Below the pieces are notes generated by a model. The model had not been told where the DNA came from and made no database searches. It saw nothing but the letters and a program-made list of their open reading frames with translations. 62,650 nucleotides of DNA from an uncultured Faecalibacterium sp. (GTDB taxonomy: Bacteria; Bacillota; Clostridia; Oscillospirales; Ruminococcaceae): positions 1-62,650 of the forward strand of contig CAAFSR010000019.1 of the NCBI GenBank assembly GCA_900765705.1, read 5' to 3'. A program made the position numbers and the translations under genes. This document shows, in pieces, positions 29,801 through 39,059 of the stretch (positions are counted from its first letter, which is position 1; every line of letters begins with the position of its first letter).

Positions 29801-30314
29801 ACAGATCCCGGTACCACAGCGCCGTTGCCTTTGCGCGCTCGTAGTCCCCTGCCAGAATGGCCTGCGGGATCTCGCCCGCAAGACAGGCCGAAAGGCAGAT
29901 AAGTCCCTCGTGGTATTGCTCCAAAAGCTGCTTATCCACGCGGGGCTTGGAGTAAAAGCCCTCCACAAAACCGGCAGAGACCATTTTGATCAGGTTCTTA
30001 TAGCCGGTCTCGTTTTTGCACAATAAAATCAGGTGGTTGTTGCCGTCTATCTTGTTCACCTTATCAAAGCGGGTGCGGGTGGCAACATAGACCTCGCAGC
30101 CGATGATGGGCTTGATGCCCGCCTTCTTGGCGGCCTTATAAAACTGTACACAGCCGTACATTACGCCGTGGTCAGTGCAGGCGATCGCGGTCTGTCCGCA
30201 CTCTTTCACCCGCTCCATCAGCTGGTCGATGCGGCAGGCACCGTCCAGAAGGCTGTATTCCGTATGGATATGCAAATGGGCAAAGGGACGGGTATTTGCA
30301 GTGGGTTCGCTCAT
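26805..30314 (-). CDS. dnaE: DNA polymerase III subunit alpha
   Basis: PHP domain HLHIHTEYSLLDG; GRGSGAGS, PDFDVD and FNKSH motifs; C-terminal OB fold. Confidence 0.98.
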   Translation of the reverse strand: MSEPTANTRPFAHLHIHTEYSLLDGACRIDQLMERVKECGQTAIACTDHGVMYGCVQFYKAAKKAGIKPIIGCEVYVATRTRFDKVNKIDGNNHLILLCKNETGYKNLIKMVSAGFVEGFYSKPRVDKQLLEQYHEGLICLSACLAGEIPQAILAGDYERAKATALWYRDLFGAENYYIELQDHGLKEDTTVLPQLIKLSRETGIPMAATNDAHYLRKEDAKMQSILLCIQTGKTIQDADRMEFQTDEFYVKTTDEMYELFSMVPEACANTAKIAEQCNFDFDFGHTKIPYYKAPDGMDNQAYFEKLCWDGLERRYGPDVPQANIDRLKYEIGVVKTMGYTNYYLIVWDYINFAKSQGIPVGPGRGSGAGSIAAYCVGITDIDPIRYNLIFERFLNPERVSMPDFDVDFCYERRQEVIDYVNRKYGADHVAQIVTFGTMAARNAIRDVGRVMGIPYQQVDVVAKLVPMELKMTLKRALEVSGELKKLYDTDPQVTELIDTALKVEGMPRHASTHAAGVVITPEPTDYYLPLATNDGLPVTQFNMTEIEELGLLKMDFLGLRTLTVIRDAETAVQKQHPAFSIRDLDYDDPDTYKMLGQGDTEGVFQLESSGMKQVLVGLQPQNLEDVIALISLYRPGPMDSIPTYLRNRHEPDKISYKTPQLAHILDVTNGCIVYQEQVMQIFRELAGFSFGQADNVRRAMSKKKHAVMEAEREHFVHGCTEPGHECPGCVANGIPEQVANQIYDEMSSFASYAFNKSHAACYAYVAFQTAYLKCHYPSQFMAALLTSVLDNTDKVIEYSGECARLGIKVLPPDVNISNGGFTADDNGQIRFGLNAVKNVGRNLIENAVTERRNKPYTSLYDFCKRMHGSELNRRAVESLIKAGAFDRFGSNRHSMVEAVEGILKSIETDSRRNLEGQLDLFSVMSGEVQESPQADVYEIRPLAEYTPAELLQQEKEVSGLYLSGHPLDAYREKSARIGSHTIKALTGEDAHVQDGEKVRIVCAVVKNRMMTTKSNSMMAFTSVEDLTGTMEVIVFPKVLDRFRDAIQENAVVVIDGRLSVREDEASKLLADSILPIDSYDPTRLDKGRPDPVKTAARRVFIRLPSRSCPQYDKVVNLLEIFDGDIPVILYLEDTKQKLAAPRRLYTSGHPLFFKELERLLGAENVATK

Positions 30315-31243
30315 AGTATTGCCTCCTGTCCCTCCTGCTGGCGCTGGCGCAGATTTTCCGCCAGTGCCTCAAGTTTTTTCATCCGGTGCGATAAGCCGGA
30401 TTTGCTCACAGCCGGGTCAAAGCAGCCGCACAGCGCAGTAAGCGAAAGATCCGGGTATTGCAGACGCTTTGCCGCCGCCTGCTGCAGCACCTCCGGCAGG
30501 GTCTCCAGCGCGTGCTGCTCCTGCAAATAGCGGATGGCCTTCAGGGTCTGGGCATTTGCCCGCGCCGTTTTGCCAAGGTTTGCGGTATCGCAGTTTGTCT
30601 GCCGGTTGGTCTGGTTGCGCACCTGTTTGAAGGCCTTGAGAACGCTGATCTGCGTTGCGGCATCTGCAGCGCCCATAAAGCGGAGCAGCCGCTCCACGTT
30701 GGCACCAGTCTTGACGTAGATCAGGTTCACGCCGTTGCGGCGGGTGCGGTGGGGCGCAAACTCGTGCTCGGCAAGCAGCGCTTCAAAATCCCGGGCGAGA
30801 TTCGTCCGGGAGGTAAGAAATTCCAGATTATATTCCTTTTTGGGGTCGGTGACCGTACCGCTGCACAGAAAGGCCATGGCAATATAGGCGCTGACGCAGG
30901 TCTGGCAGCGGATGAGACCGGGATCGATCTGCAAGCTTGTCTCCCTGCCGGTGGTGCCGAACAGCTCGTGCAGGCGGGTCACCTGCTCCGCATCGCGGAT
31001 ATTGAACTCATACAGCACACCGCTGGCGCGGGGCTTTTCCAGTATCTCGCCCCGGATGCCGCAGCGCGCAAACAGCTGCTGCGCCAGCTGCACCGTGTGG
31101 GGGTGCTCGGTCTGCAGCACAAGGCCACGGGCATCAAAGTATTTGGCAAAGCAGGCAATGCCATAGGCAGCTGCACGCACACAGCACTCCTTGGTGGGGC
31201 TGCGCTGCGCGATCTCTTCCCGCGCACTGGATGCAAAACTCAT
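30311..31243 (-). CDS. whiA: DNA-binding protein WhiA
   Basis: FLCSGTVTDPKKEYNLE, NRQTNCDTAN and VSKSGLSHR motifs; follows rapZ. Confidence 0.93.
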   Translation of the reverse strand: MSFASSAREEIAQRSPTKECCVRAAAYGIACFAKYFDARGLVLQTEHPHTVQLAQQLFARCGIRGEILEKPRASGVLYEFNIRDAEQVTRLHELFGTTGRETSLQIDPGLIRCQTCVSAYIAMAFLCSGTVTDPKKEYNLEFLTSRTNLARDFEALLAEHEFAPHRTRRNGVNLIYVKTGANVERLLRFMGAADAATQISVLKAFKQVRNQTNRQTNCDTANLGKTARANAQTLKAIRYLQEQHALETLPEVLQQAAAKRLQYPDLSLTALCGCFDPAVSKSGLSHRMKKLEALAENLRQRQQEGQEAIL

Positions 31244-31259
31244 AATAATTCCTCTGTTT

Positions 31260-32123
31260 TCAGCGCACGGCGTCCCGGTGCAGCACCCCGGGCTCGTAGC
31301 CCAGAGAGGTGCAGTATTCCGCAAGCTTGCGTGCAAATGTGATGGAGCGGTGCTTGCCGCCCGTGCAGCCCACCGCAATGGTCAGCTGGCTTTTGCCCTC
31401 CTTGACGTAGAGCGGCAGGGCATACTTCAAAAAGTTCTCGTACCGGTGCAGCAGCTCCTGCGCTTCGGGGTGGCCCATGACAAAATCCACGACCTCCTGA
31501 TCCAGCCCGGTCTTGTGCTTCAATCCCGGCACATAGAAGGGGTTGGGCAGGCAGCGCACATCCAGTACAAGGTCCGCCTCCGGCGGCAGCCCAAACTTGA
31601 ACCCGAAGGACATGATGGTGAGCCGCATGGCATTTTTGGCTCCGCCGTTTTTTAGAAAGAGGTCGCAGATGCGCTCTTTGTTCTGGGAGGTGGAGAGCAA
31701 CCCCGTGTTGATGGTGTAGTCCGCACGTTCCTTCAAGGGCTGCAAGATCTGCCGCTCCTTTAAAAAAGCATCCCGGGTAGAGATGCCCTCTGCAATGCTG
31801 ATGGGGTGGCGGCGGCGGGTCTCGCTGTAGCGGCGCATCAGCACATCGTCCGGTGCATCCAGAAACAGGATCTTATAGGGCGTTTTCTGGTCATCCAGCT
31901 GCCGCAGGGCAGTCTCGATCTGTTCCCTGCTGCGGCAGCCGCGCACATCCATGGAAAGTGCTACCCGCTCCAACTGGTTGTCGCCTGCCTTGGAAAACGC
32001 CGTGATGCTGGGCAGCAGCCCGGCCGGGACGTTATCGATGCAGAAGTATCCGATATCCTCCAGCGCATTCATAGCCACAGACTTTCCCGCGCCGGAAAGC
32101 CCACTGACGATCAACAGCTCCAT
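31260..32123 (-). CDS. rapZ: RNase adapter RapZ (YvcJ) P-loop protein
   Basis: SGLSGAGKS, SFGFKFG and GCTGGKHRS motifs. Confidence 0.95.
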   Translation of the reverse strand: MELLIVSGLSGAGKSVAMNALEDIGYFCIDNVPAGLLPSITAFSKAGDNQLERVALSMDVRGCRSREQIETALRQLDDQKTPYKILFLDAPDDVLMRRYSETRRRHPISIAEGISTRDAFLKERQILQPLKERADYTINTGLLSTSQNKERICDLFLKNGGAKNAMRLTIMSFGFKFGLPPEADLVLDVRCLPNPFYVPGLKHKTGLDQEVVDFVMGHPEAQELLHRYENFLKYALPLYVKEGKSQLTIAVGCTGGKHRSITFARKLAEYCTSLGYEPGVLHRDAVR

Positions 32124-32155
32124 CTGTGTTCCCCACTTCCTTCTATTTCCACGGT

Positions 32156-33052
32156 TCAGCGTACTACGCGGATCTCTTTTTCCAGATCGTAGCCGGTCTT
32201 TTCCTTTACAATGGTGCGCACTTCCTCGCACAAGGCCAGCACATCTGCGCAGGTAGCGCCGCCAAGGTTCACCACAAAGCCGCAGTGCTTCTCGCTGACG
32301 GCGGCACCGCCGTGCCGGTAGCCCCGCAGACCGCACTGGTCGATAAGGGCAGCAGCAAAGGCACCCACGGGGCGCTTGAAGGTGCTGCCGGCGCTGGGCT
32401 TATCCAGCGGCTGTTTGTCCAGCCGCTTTGCCATCAGCTCGTCCATTTTTGCGCGGATAGCCTCCGGCTCGCCCGGGGTCAGAGCAAACTGCGCCGAGAG
32501 GATGCAGCCGCCGTTTTCTTCAAAAATGCTGTGGCGGTAGCGCAGATCAAGCTCCGCAGCCGCAGCCTCTTTCACTTCGCCCTCGGCGGTGAGATACTGC
32601 ACCGTGGTCAGCACGTCCTTCATCTCGCCGCCGTATGCACCGGCGTTCATATAGACTGCACCGCCCACCGTACCGGGGATGCCGTAGGCAAATTCCAGCC
32701 CGGTCAGGCCATGCTCCAGCGCCGTCTTGCACAGCGCCGAGAGCCGCACGCCTGCCCCGGCAGTGAGCTGCGTGCCGTGCGCCTCCACGGCGTCCTGCAT
32801 GGCGGAGATATCCAGCACAGCGCCATCATAGCCCGCATCGGCAAACAGGATATTGCTGCCGTTGCCCAGCAGATAATACCGGATGCTGTGCGCCTTGCAC
32901 AGGGCAACGGCGCGGCAAAGCTGCGCCCGGTCTACCGGCTGCACGAACAGCCGCGCCGGACCGCCGATTTTAAAAGTACAGTGCGCTGCCAGCGGCTCGT
33001 TTTCTTTATAGGTAATGCCTGCTGCGGCCAGCAGCTGCATGAGTTGTTCCAT
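32156..33052 (-). CDS. murB: UDP-N-acetylmuramate dehydrogenase
   Basis: GNGSN, IPGTVGGAVYMNAGAYG, PSAGSTFKRP and KHCGF motifs. Confidence 0.96.
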   Translation of the reverse strand: MEQLMQLLAAAGITYKENEPLAAHCTFKIGGPARLFVQPVDRAQLCRAVALCKAHSIRYYLLGNGSNILFADAGYDGAVLDISAMQDAVEAHGTQLTAGAGVRLSALCKTALEHGLTGLEFAYGIPGTVGGAVYMNAGAYGGEMKDVLTTVQYLTAEGEVKEAAAAELDLRYRHSIFEENGGCILSAQFALTPGEPEAIRAKMDELMAKRLDKQPLDKPSAGSTFKRPVGAFAAALIDQCGLRGYRHGGAAVSEKHCGFVVNLGGATCADVLALCEEVRTIVKEKTGYDLEKEIRVVR

Positions 33053-33080
33053 AGGGTCAGGCTCCTTTTTATCGAGAAGA

Positions 33081-34016
33081 TCAGTCCATTTTGTCGTCCA
33101 GCCCCAGCCGGATCAGCAGCTCCTTCGCTGCGTTATAGCCCATCTTCTTCTGACGGTTATTGATGGCTGCAGTCTCCAGCACCACGGCCAGATTACGGCC
33201 GGGAGAGACCGGGATGCTGGTGCTGGGAATGCTCACGCCCAGAATGTCGTAGTATTCGCTTTCCAGACCGGTGCGCTGGTAATTCTTGGTGGGGTCCCAT
33301 GCCTCCAGCTGCACAACCAGATCCAGACTTTCGCTCAGCTTGACCGCGCCCACGCCGTACACGCGCGCCACGTTGACGATGCCGATGCCTCGCAGCTCGA
33401 TGAAGTGGCGGATATTTTCCGGTGCAGTGCCCATGATCTGGCGGTTAGACACCTTGCGCAACTCCACGGCGTCATCTGCTACCAGACGGTGGCCACGCTT
33501 GACCAGCTCGATAGCCAGTTCGCTTTTACCAATGCCGCTGTCGCCAAGGATCAGGATGCCTTCGCCGTACACCTCCACCAGCACGCCGTGCCGGGTGATG
33601 CGGGGCGCAAGCTCCAAGTTCAGCACGCTGATCAGGCTGCCCATCAGGGTGCAGGTAGTTTCGTTAGAGCGCAACAGGACAACATCGTGCTTCTGTGCCA
33701 GCTCCTCCATTTCCGGGAAGGGGGTCAGCTCCTCGCTGCGGCAGACGATGACCGCCGGGGGCTGCTGACGGAACAGCTGCTCCAGCGCCTCGTAGCGCTT
33801 TTCTGCCGACAGACCGGACAGAAAGTTCATTTCTGCCAGACCCATGATCTGCAGACGGAGCTTATCGAAGTAATCATAGTAGCCCGCCAGAAACAGACCC
33901 GGGCGGTTGACCTCGGCGATCTCCACGCTGATCTGATCCAGCTCCCGGGGCGTGTATACCACTTCCATACTGACGCGGTCGGTCAGCGTTTTAAGCGAAA
34001 CATTGAACGTACCCAT
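33081..34016 (-). CDS. hprK: HPr(Ser) kinase/phosphatase
   Basis: HGVLVEVYG, GDSGIGKSE, LVADD and ELRGIG motifs. Confidence 0.97.
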   Translation of the reverse strand: MGTFNVSLKTLTDRVSMEVVYTPRELDQISVEIAEVNRPGLFLAGYYDYFDKLRLQIMGLAEMNFLSGLSAEKRYEALEQLFRQQPPAVIVCRSEELTPFPEMEELAQKHDVVLLRSNETTCTLMGSLISVLNLELAPRITRHGVLVEVYGEGILILGDSGIGKSELAIELVKRGHRLVADDAVELRKVSNRQIMGTAPENIRHFIELRGIGIVNVARVYGVGAVKLSESLDLVVQLEAWDPTKNYQRTGLESEYYDILGVSIPSTSIPVSPGRNLAVVLETAAINNRQKKMGYNAAKELLIRLGLDDKMD

Positions 34017-34167
34017 CCTTGTTCCTCCTGTATCCTTTTGCCGCGCTGTGCTGCGGGCACCCATATTCTTATTATAATAAAATTTGGCGGCAAATACAAC
34101 GGCCGGAAAGCGGTTTTTGCACCCACGGCGGGAAACCGACGCTGCATCGCAGCCCATGCACAGGATT

Positions 34168-34238
34168 TTTACATTTTTCTTACTTTACATGGGTTTTACA
34201 TTCCGTCGATTTCAGATTTTACATTGCTTTCCTATACT
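34168..34238 (+). promoter_or_regulatory. Putative PhoP-type direct-repeat boxes upstream of the Na/Pi-phoP-phoR operon
   Basis: TTTACA at 34168, 34184, 34195 and 34218, plus CTTACT at 34179 (two pairs at 11-bp spacing); TATACT at 34233. Confidence 0.6.
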
Positions 34239-34285
34239 TGAATTACAGGAGAAAAACACGTCAAGATAAAGTGAGGAAAACACTT

Positions 34286-36067
34286 ATGACCATTTTTAAT
34301 GTCTTTTCGCTGCTGGGAGGCTTAGCCCTGTTTTTGTTCGGTATGGACATCATGGGCAAGGCACTGGAAAAGCAGGCCGGCGGCCAGCTGCAGAAAATTC
34401 TCAGCAAACTGACCGACAGCCCGCTGAAGGGCTTTTTTCTGGGTCTGTGCGTAACGGCCGTGATCCAGAGCTCCAGCGCTACCACCGTTATGGTGGTGGG
34501 TTTTGTCAACAGCGGCATCATGGAGCTGCATCAGGCCATTGGCGTGATCATGGGCAGCAACGTGGGCACCACTGTTACCAGCTGGATCCTGAGCCTTTCC
34601 GGCCTGCAGGGCGACAGCCTGTTCATCCAGCTGCTCAAGCCCACTTCTTTCAGTCCGGTGCTTGCATTTATCGGCATTTTGCTGTATATGTGTAAGAGTG
34701 AGAAGAAAAAAGGTGTGGGCACCATCCTCATCGGCTTTGCCGTGCTGATGACCGGCATGACTGCCATGTCCAGCGCGGTGCTGCCGCTGCAAAACGAGGC
34801 ATGGTTTACCAGCCTGTTCACCCGCTTCTCCAACCCCCTGCTGGGCGTTCTGGTGGGCGCACTGGTCACCGGCATTATCCAGAGCTCCAGCGCCAGCGTG
34901 GGTATTCTGCAGGCGCTGAGCGCCACCGGCGTGATCACCTACGGCAGCGCCATTCCCATCATCATGGGTCAGAACATCGGCACCTGTGTGACCGCACTTC
35001 TGTCCTCGGTGGGTGCCAACAAAAACGCCCGCCGGGCCGCCATGGTGCACCTGTACTTCAACATCATCGGTGTAACCATCTTCCTGTTCGGGTTCTACGG
35101 GCTCAACGCTGTCTGTCACTTTACCTTTGTGAATACCACCATTGAGGCATGGGGCATTGCAGTCGTGCACTCGGTATTCAACATTCTGGCTACTGTTATT
35201 CTGCTGCCCTTTGCTACCGGGCTGGAAAAGCTGGCCATCCTGACCATTCCCGATTCCCCGGAAAAAGAGGAGTTTGCCCTGCTGGATGACCGTCTGCTGA
35301 ATACCCCGGCCATGGCTGTGGAACGCGCCCGCGCTGCTACCGCCGAGATGGCAGAGCTTGCCCGGGTGGGCGTGGTGCAGGCCATGAGCCTGACCCACGA
35401 ATGGAACGACGAGCTTGCCCAGAAGGTGCGGGACGAGGAACAAAAGGTGGACCGCTACGAGGACACGCTGGGCACCTATCTTGTTAAACTGTCCAGCCAT
35501 GAATTGAGCCACGCCGACAGTCAGAGCGTGAACACCCTGCTGCACACCATCAGCGATTTTGAGCGCATCAGCGACCATTCCGTCAACCTGCTGGAATCTG
35601 CCGAGGAGATGCACCAGAAGGACATCCACTTCTCCAAGGACGCACAGGAGGAGCTGCAGGTGCTGGAGGATGCAGTGCAGGACACCCTGAGCCGCACCAC
35701 CGATGCCTTCCGCAAAGGAGATCTGCACCTTGCCTCCAAGGTTGAGCCGCTGGAGGCTGTGGTCAACGAGCTGGTGCGTGCCATCAAGGCACGGCACGTT
35801 GCCCGCCTGCAGGCCGGCAGCTGCTCCATTGAATACGGCTTTGTGCTGGATGATCTGCTGACAAACTACGAGCGTGTGTGCGACCATTGCAGCAACGTGG
35901 CAGTTGCGCAGATTGAGGTGGCACAGGACAGCTTTGACACCCACGCTTACCTGAACGACCTGCGTCACGGCAACGATACCAAGGAAAGTGAAGAATTCCA
36001 CCGCCGTCTGGGCCGCTACCGCGAGCGGTATCTGTTCCCGGACGGACAGACTGCTGAGGAGAACTGA
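34286..36067 (+). CDS. Na/Pi cotransporter family protein with C-terminal PhoU-like domains
   Basis: Duplicated IQSSSA motif, GSNVGTT/GQNIGTC, and helical tail with ERISDH and ERVCDH. Confidence 0.93.
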   Translation: MTIFNVFSLLGGLALFLFGMDIMGKALEKQAGGQLQKILSKLTDSPLKGFFLGLCVTAVIQSSSATTVMVVGFVNSGIMELHQAIGVIMGSNVGTTVTSWILSLSGLQGDSLFIQLLKPTSFSPVLAFIGILLYMCKSEKKKGVGTILIGFAVLMTGMTAMSSAVLPLQNEAWFTSLFTRFSNPLLGVLVGALVTGIIQSSSASVGILQALSATGVITYGSAIPIIMGQNIGTCVTALLSSVGANKNARRAAMVHLYFNIIGVTIFLFGFYGLNAVCHFTFVNTTIEAWGIAVVHSVFNILATVILLPFATGLEKLAILTIPDSPEKEEFALLDDRLLNTPAMAVERARAATAEMAELARVGVVQAMSLTHEWNDELAQKVRDEEQKVDRYEDTLGTYLVKLSSHELSHADSQSVNTLLHTISDFERISDHSVNLLESAEEMHQKDIHFSKDAQEELQVLEDAVQDTLSRTTDAFRKGDLHLASKVEPLEAVVNELVRAIKARHVARLQAGSCSIEYGFVLDDLLTNYERVCDHCSNVAVAQIEVAQDSFDTHAYLNDLRHGNDTKESEEFHRRLGRYRERYLFPDGQTAEEN

Positions 36068-36070
36068 GTT

Positions 36071-36757
36071 ATGATCTATATTGTAGAGGACGATGCTTCC
36101 ATCCGCGAACTGGAGCAGTACGCCCTGCAATCCAACGGCTACGAGGTGCAGGGCTTTGAAAGCGCCGAGCCCTTCTGGCAGGCCATGCGCACTGCCGAGC
36201 CGGAGCTGGTGATCTTAGACGTGATGCTGCCCGGCGAGGATGGCTTTTCCATCCTGAAAAAGCTGCGCAACACCCCTTCCCTGCGTAAGCTGCCCATCAT
36301 TATGGTCACTGCAAAATCCAGCGAGCTGGACACCGTGCGCGGGCTGGACTGCGGTGCAGATGATTACATTGCTAAGCCCTTCGGCATTATGGAATTTCTC
36401 AGCCGGGTGCGTGTGGCGCTGCGGCGCTCTGCCCCGGAGGTAAGACCGGACGTACTGGTGTTCCATGAGATCCAGCTGGACAACGCCCGCCACAGTGTTA
36501 CCGTAAACAGCACCCCCGTGGAGCTGACCTACAAGGAATATTGCCTGCTACGGCTGCTGCTGGAAAACACCAGTCTGGTGGTGACCCGCGAGACCATTTT
36601 GCAGGTGGTGTGGGGCACCGACATCTCCGTGGAAAGCCGTACCGTGGATATGCATATCCGCACCCTGCGCAAAAAGCTGGGCGATGCGGGGCGCTACATC
36701 TGCACTGTGCGCAAGGTTGGCTACAAGCTGACCGATGAGGAGGCCGAGGAAGAATGA
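36071..36757 (+). CDS. OmpR/PhoP family response regulator
   Basis: IVEDD, LDVMLP, ADDYIAKPF and SRTVDMHIRTLRKKL motifs. Confidence 0.93.
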   Translation: MIYIVEDDASIRELEQYALQSNGYEVQGFESAEPFWQAMRTAEPELVILDVMLPGEDGFSILKKLRNTPSLRKLPIIMVTAKSSELDTVRGLDCGADDYIAKPFGIMEFLSRVRVALRRSAPEVRPDVLVFHEIQLDNARHSVTVNSTPVELTYKEYCLLRLLLENTSLVVTRETILQVVWGTDISVESRTVDMHIRTLRKKLGDAGRYICTVRKVGYKLTDEEAEEE

Positions 36758-38103
36758 AGCTGCGCAGCATGGAAGAAAAGATCAGCTACCGGCTGTTCCT
36801 GATGGGCTTTCTGGGGCTTATATTCACCGCAGCGCTGTGCATTTTTGTATTCCATAAAGCCTTTACGGAGCAGGCGTGGGCAGGGCTGGAGCGCGAGACC
36901 GACCTTGTGCGCGCAGGGTACGAGCAGACCGGAGACCCCACGCAGCTGAGCGCCTTTGTGACCGATGATCTGCGCGTGACGTTGATCAGTCAGGACGGCA
37001 GCGTGCTGTTTGAATCTGCCACTGACCAGCCCATGGAGAACCACCTGACCCGCCCGGAGATCCGCGATGCCATTGCAAACGGTGAAGGGCGGGATATCCG
37101 TGACTCCCAGACCATGGGCTACGAGACCTATTACTATGCGCTCCGGCTTTCCGGCGGGGATGTGCTGCGCGTTGCACAGGACGCCGAGACTGTGTGGTCC
37201 ATCTATGATGCCACCATCCCGGCTATTGTACTGAGCTGCGTAGCGCTGATGCTGGCTGCTGCGGTGCTGGCCGCCCTGCTGACAAAGGCACTGGTGCAGC
37301 CGGTGCTGAACATGACCGAGGATCTGGATCATATTCAGGAAAACGTACCCTACCGGGAGCTGATTCCCTTTGCGGAGAGCATCCATTCTGACCGCATCCT
37401 GCGGGAGAACAACGAGAAGATGCGGCAGGAGTTTACTGCCAATGTCAGCCACGAGCTCAAGACCCCGCTGACCAGCATTTCCGGTTATGCGGAGCTGATT
37501 GAGACCGGCATTGCCAAGCCGGAGGATGTGCCGGATTTCGGCCGCAAGATCCACAGCGAGGCCACCCGCATGATCCAACTGGTCAATGACATCTTGCAGC
37601 TTTCCAAGCTGGATACCGTAAGCGAGACCGGGGATGCTCCGGCGATGGAAACGGTGGACCTTTTGGAGGTTGCCAAGGAGTGCGTGGAGCGCCAGAAGTT
37701 GAACGCCCGCCGTGCGTATATTTCTCTGACTTATCTGGGCGAGAGTGCCCCGGTGCTGGGCAGCCGCGCACTGCTGGATGAGCTGTGCCAGAACCTGTGC
37801 GACAACGCCATCCGCTACAACCGCCCGGGTGGCAAGGTGCAGATCATTACCGCCTGCAGCCGGGACGGGCACTGCACCCTGACCGTGACCGATAACGGCA
37901 TCGGCATCCCGCGGGAGGCACAGTCCAGCGTGTTCGAGCGCTTCTACCGGGTGGATAAAAGCCGCAGCAAAGCCACCGGCGGCACGGGACTGGGGCTTGC
38001 CATCGTCAAGCACATTGCCCGCATCCACAACGCCCGCATCAAGCTGGAAAGTCAGGTGGATGTTGGCACTACCATCTCCGTCACCTTCCCCACCGCCGCT
38101 TAA
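36754..38103 (+). CDS. PhoR-like sensor histidine kinase
   Basis: ENHLTRPEI sensor motif, ANVSHELKTPLT H-box, N/G boxes and FYRVDKSRS. Confidence 0.92.
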   Translation: MKLRSMEEKISYRLFLMGFLGLIFTAALCIFVFHKAFTEQAWAGLERETDLVRAGYEQTGDPTQLSAFVTDDLRVTLISQDGSVLFESATDQPMENHLTRPEIRDAIANGEGRDIRDSQTMGYETYYYALRLSGGDVLRVAQDAETVWSIYDATIPAIVLSCVALMLAAAVLAALLTKALVQPVLNMTEDLDHIQENVPYRELIPFAESIHSDRILRENNEKMRQEFTANVSHELKTPLTSISGYAELIETGIAKPEDVPDFGRKIHSEATRMIQLVNDILQLSKLDTVSETGDAPAMETVDLLEVAKECVERQKLNARRAYISLTYLGESAPVLGSRALLDELCQNLCDNAIRYNRPGGKVQIITACSRDGHCTLTVTDNGIGIPREAQSSVFERFYRVDKSRSKATGGTGLGLAIVKHIARIHNARIKLESQVDVGTTISVTFPTAA

Positions 38104-39059
38104 TACAGCATGAAATGCACGTCTGTCCGTAATTGCGGGCAGACGTTTTTTGTTGGCTCAAAGCCTGCAGTGCTGCCGCTCTGCAGCGCTGCCCGGGCTT
38201 GCAGGTGCAGCACGTCTACGCCCTGCTGCCAGCAGCCTTGCAAAAGTGCCGTGCACTGCGCCGCAAACTGTTGCCGCTGTGCCTGCGTGGGCAGTGGGCT
38301 GTGGGCAGCACGCTGGCAGTCCAGCCGCACGAGTACCGTTCCCTTTTGCAGCGTGACCGAAACGATGCAGCGCCGGATGGTGATGCACTCCCCTTTCAGC
38401 CAGAGCTGCCGGGTGCCGCCCTGCCCGGTAAGCAGGCGGTAGACCTCGCCCTGCTCCGGGGACAAGGGCGCATTGCCTGCTACAGTGTGCAGAGCACCAC
38501 CTTCCTGTATCGTCACCTCCTCCGCGTTCCATCGTAGAATGGGCAGAAGCCCCGGCTCTGTGTGCTGATACAGCCGGGGTGCGGTGGGCGCTGCAGCATT
38601 CAGCTGCGCCATCAGCGCGTCCGGCAGCGTGGCTTGTGTGGTCAGATGGTTTAGCTCTCCTTCTGCGCACAGCAGCTTTGCCGCTGTGCGTCCGCAGCCG
38701 CGCCGCAGCACCAGCTGCTCGTACTCTGTTAATAACGGCTCTGTCACCTTTGGCAGCAGCAGATAATCACACAGGCGGTAGCTTGCCGTTTGGGGCAGCG
38801 ACTGCTCTGCTGCAGCCAGCGCCCGCTCCAGCGTTTGCCCCTCTGCCTGCACAAACTGCAATGCAGCAGAGGCCTCGGCAGCATCGGCGGCGGCCTGTGG
38901 GGCCAGATAGAGCAGCCCCGCCTGATATCCCTGTTCTGTCTGTGAAAGATACACGGCCCGCACCATGCTTTTATCGGTGCTCTCGCAGCGCAGGAACAAA
39001 AGGCACCACCCTGCAAGCAGCAAAAACAGCAGCGATTTGCAAGATTTCGGATTTCTCAT
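38100..39059 (-). CDS. Divergent Ger(x)C-like germination protein
   Basis: N-terminal hydrophobic LLLAGWC, AEGQTLERAL resembling GerC, third gene of a gerA operon; ATGA overlap. Confidence 0.55.
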   Translation of the reverse strand: MRNPKSCKSLLFLLLAGWCLLFLRCESTDKSMVRAVYLSQTEQGYQAGLLYLAPQAAADAAEASAALQFVQAEGQTLERALAAAEQSLPQTASYRLCDYLLLPKVTEPLLTEYEQLVLRRGCGRTAAKLLCAEGELNHLTTQATLPDALMAQLNAAAPTAPRLYQHTEPGLLPILRWNAEEVTIQEGGALHTVAGNAPLSPEQGEVYRLLTGQGGTRQLWLKGECITIRRCIVSVTLQKGTVLVRLDCQRAAHSPLPTQAQRQQFAAQCTALLQGCWQQGVDVLHLQARAALQSGSTAGFEPTKNVCPQLRTDVHFMLY

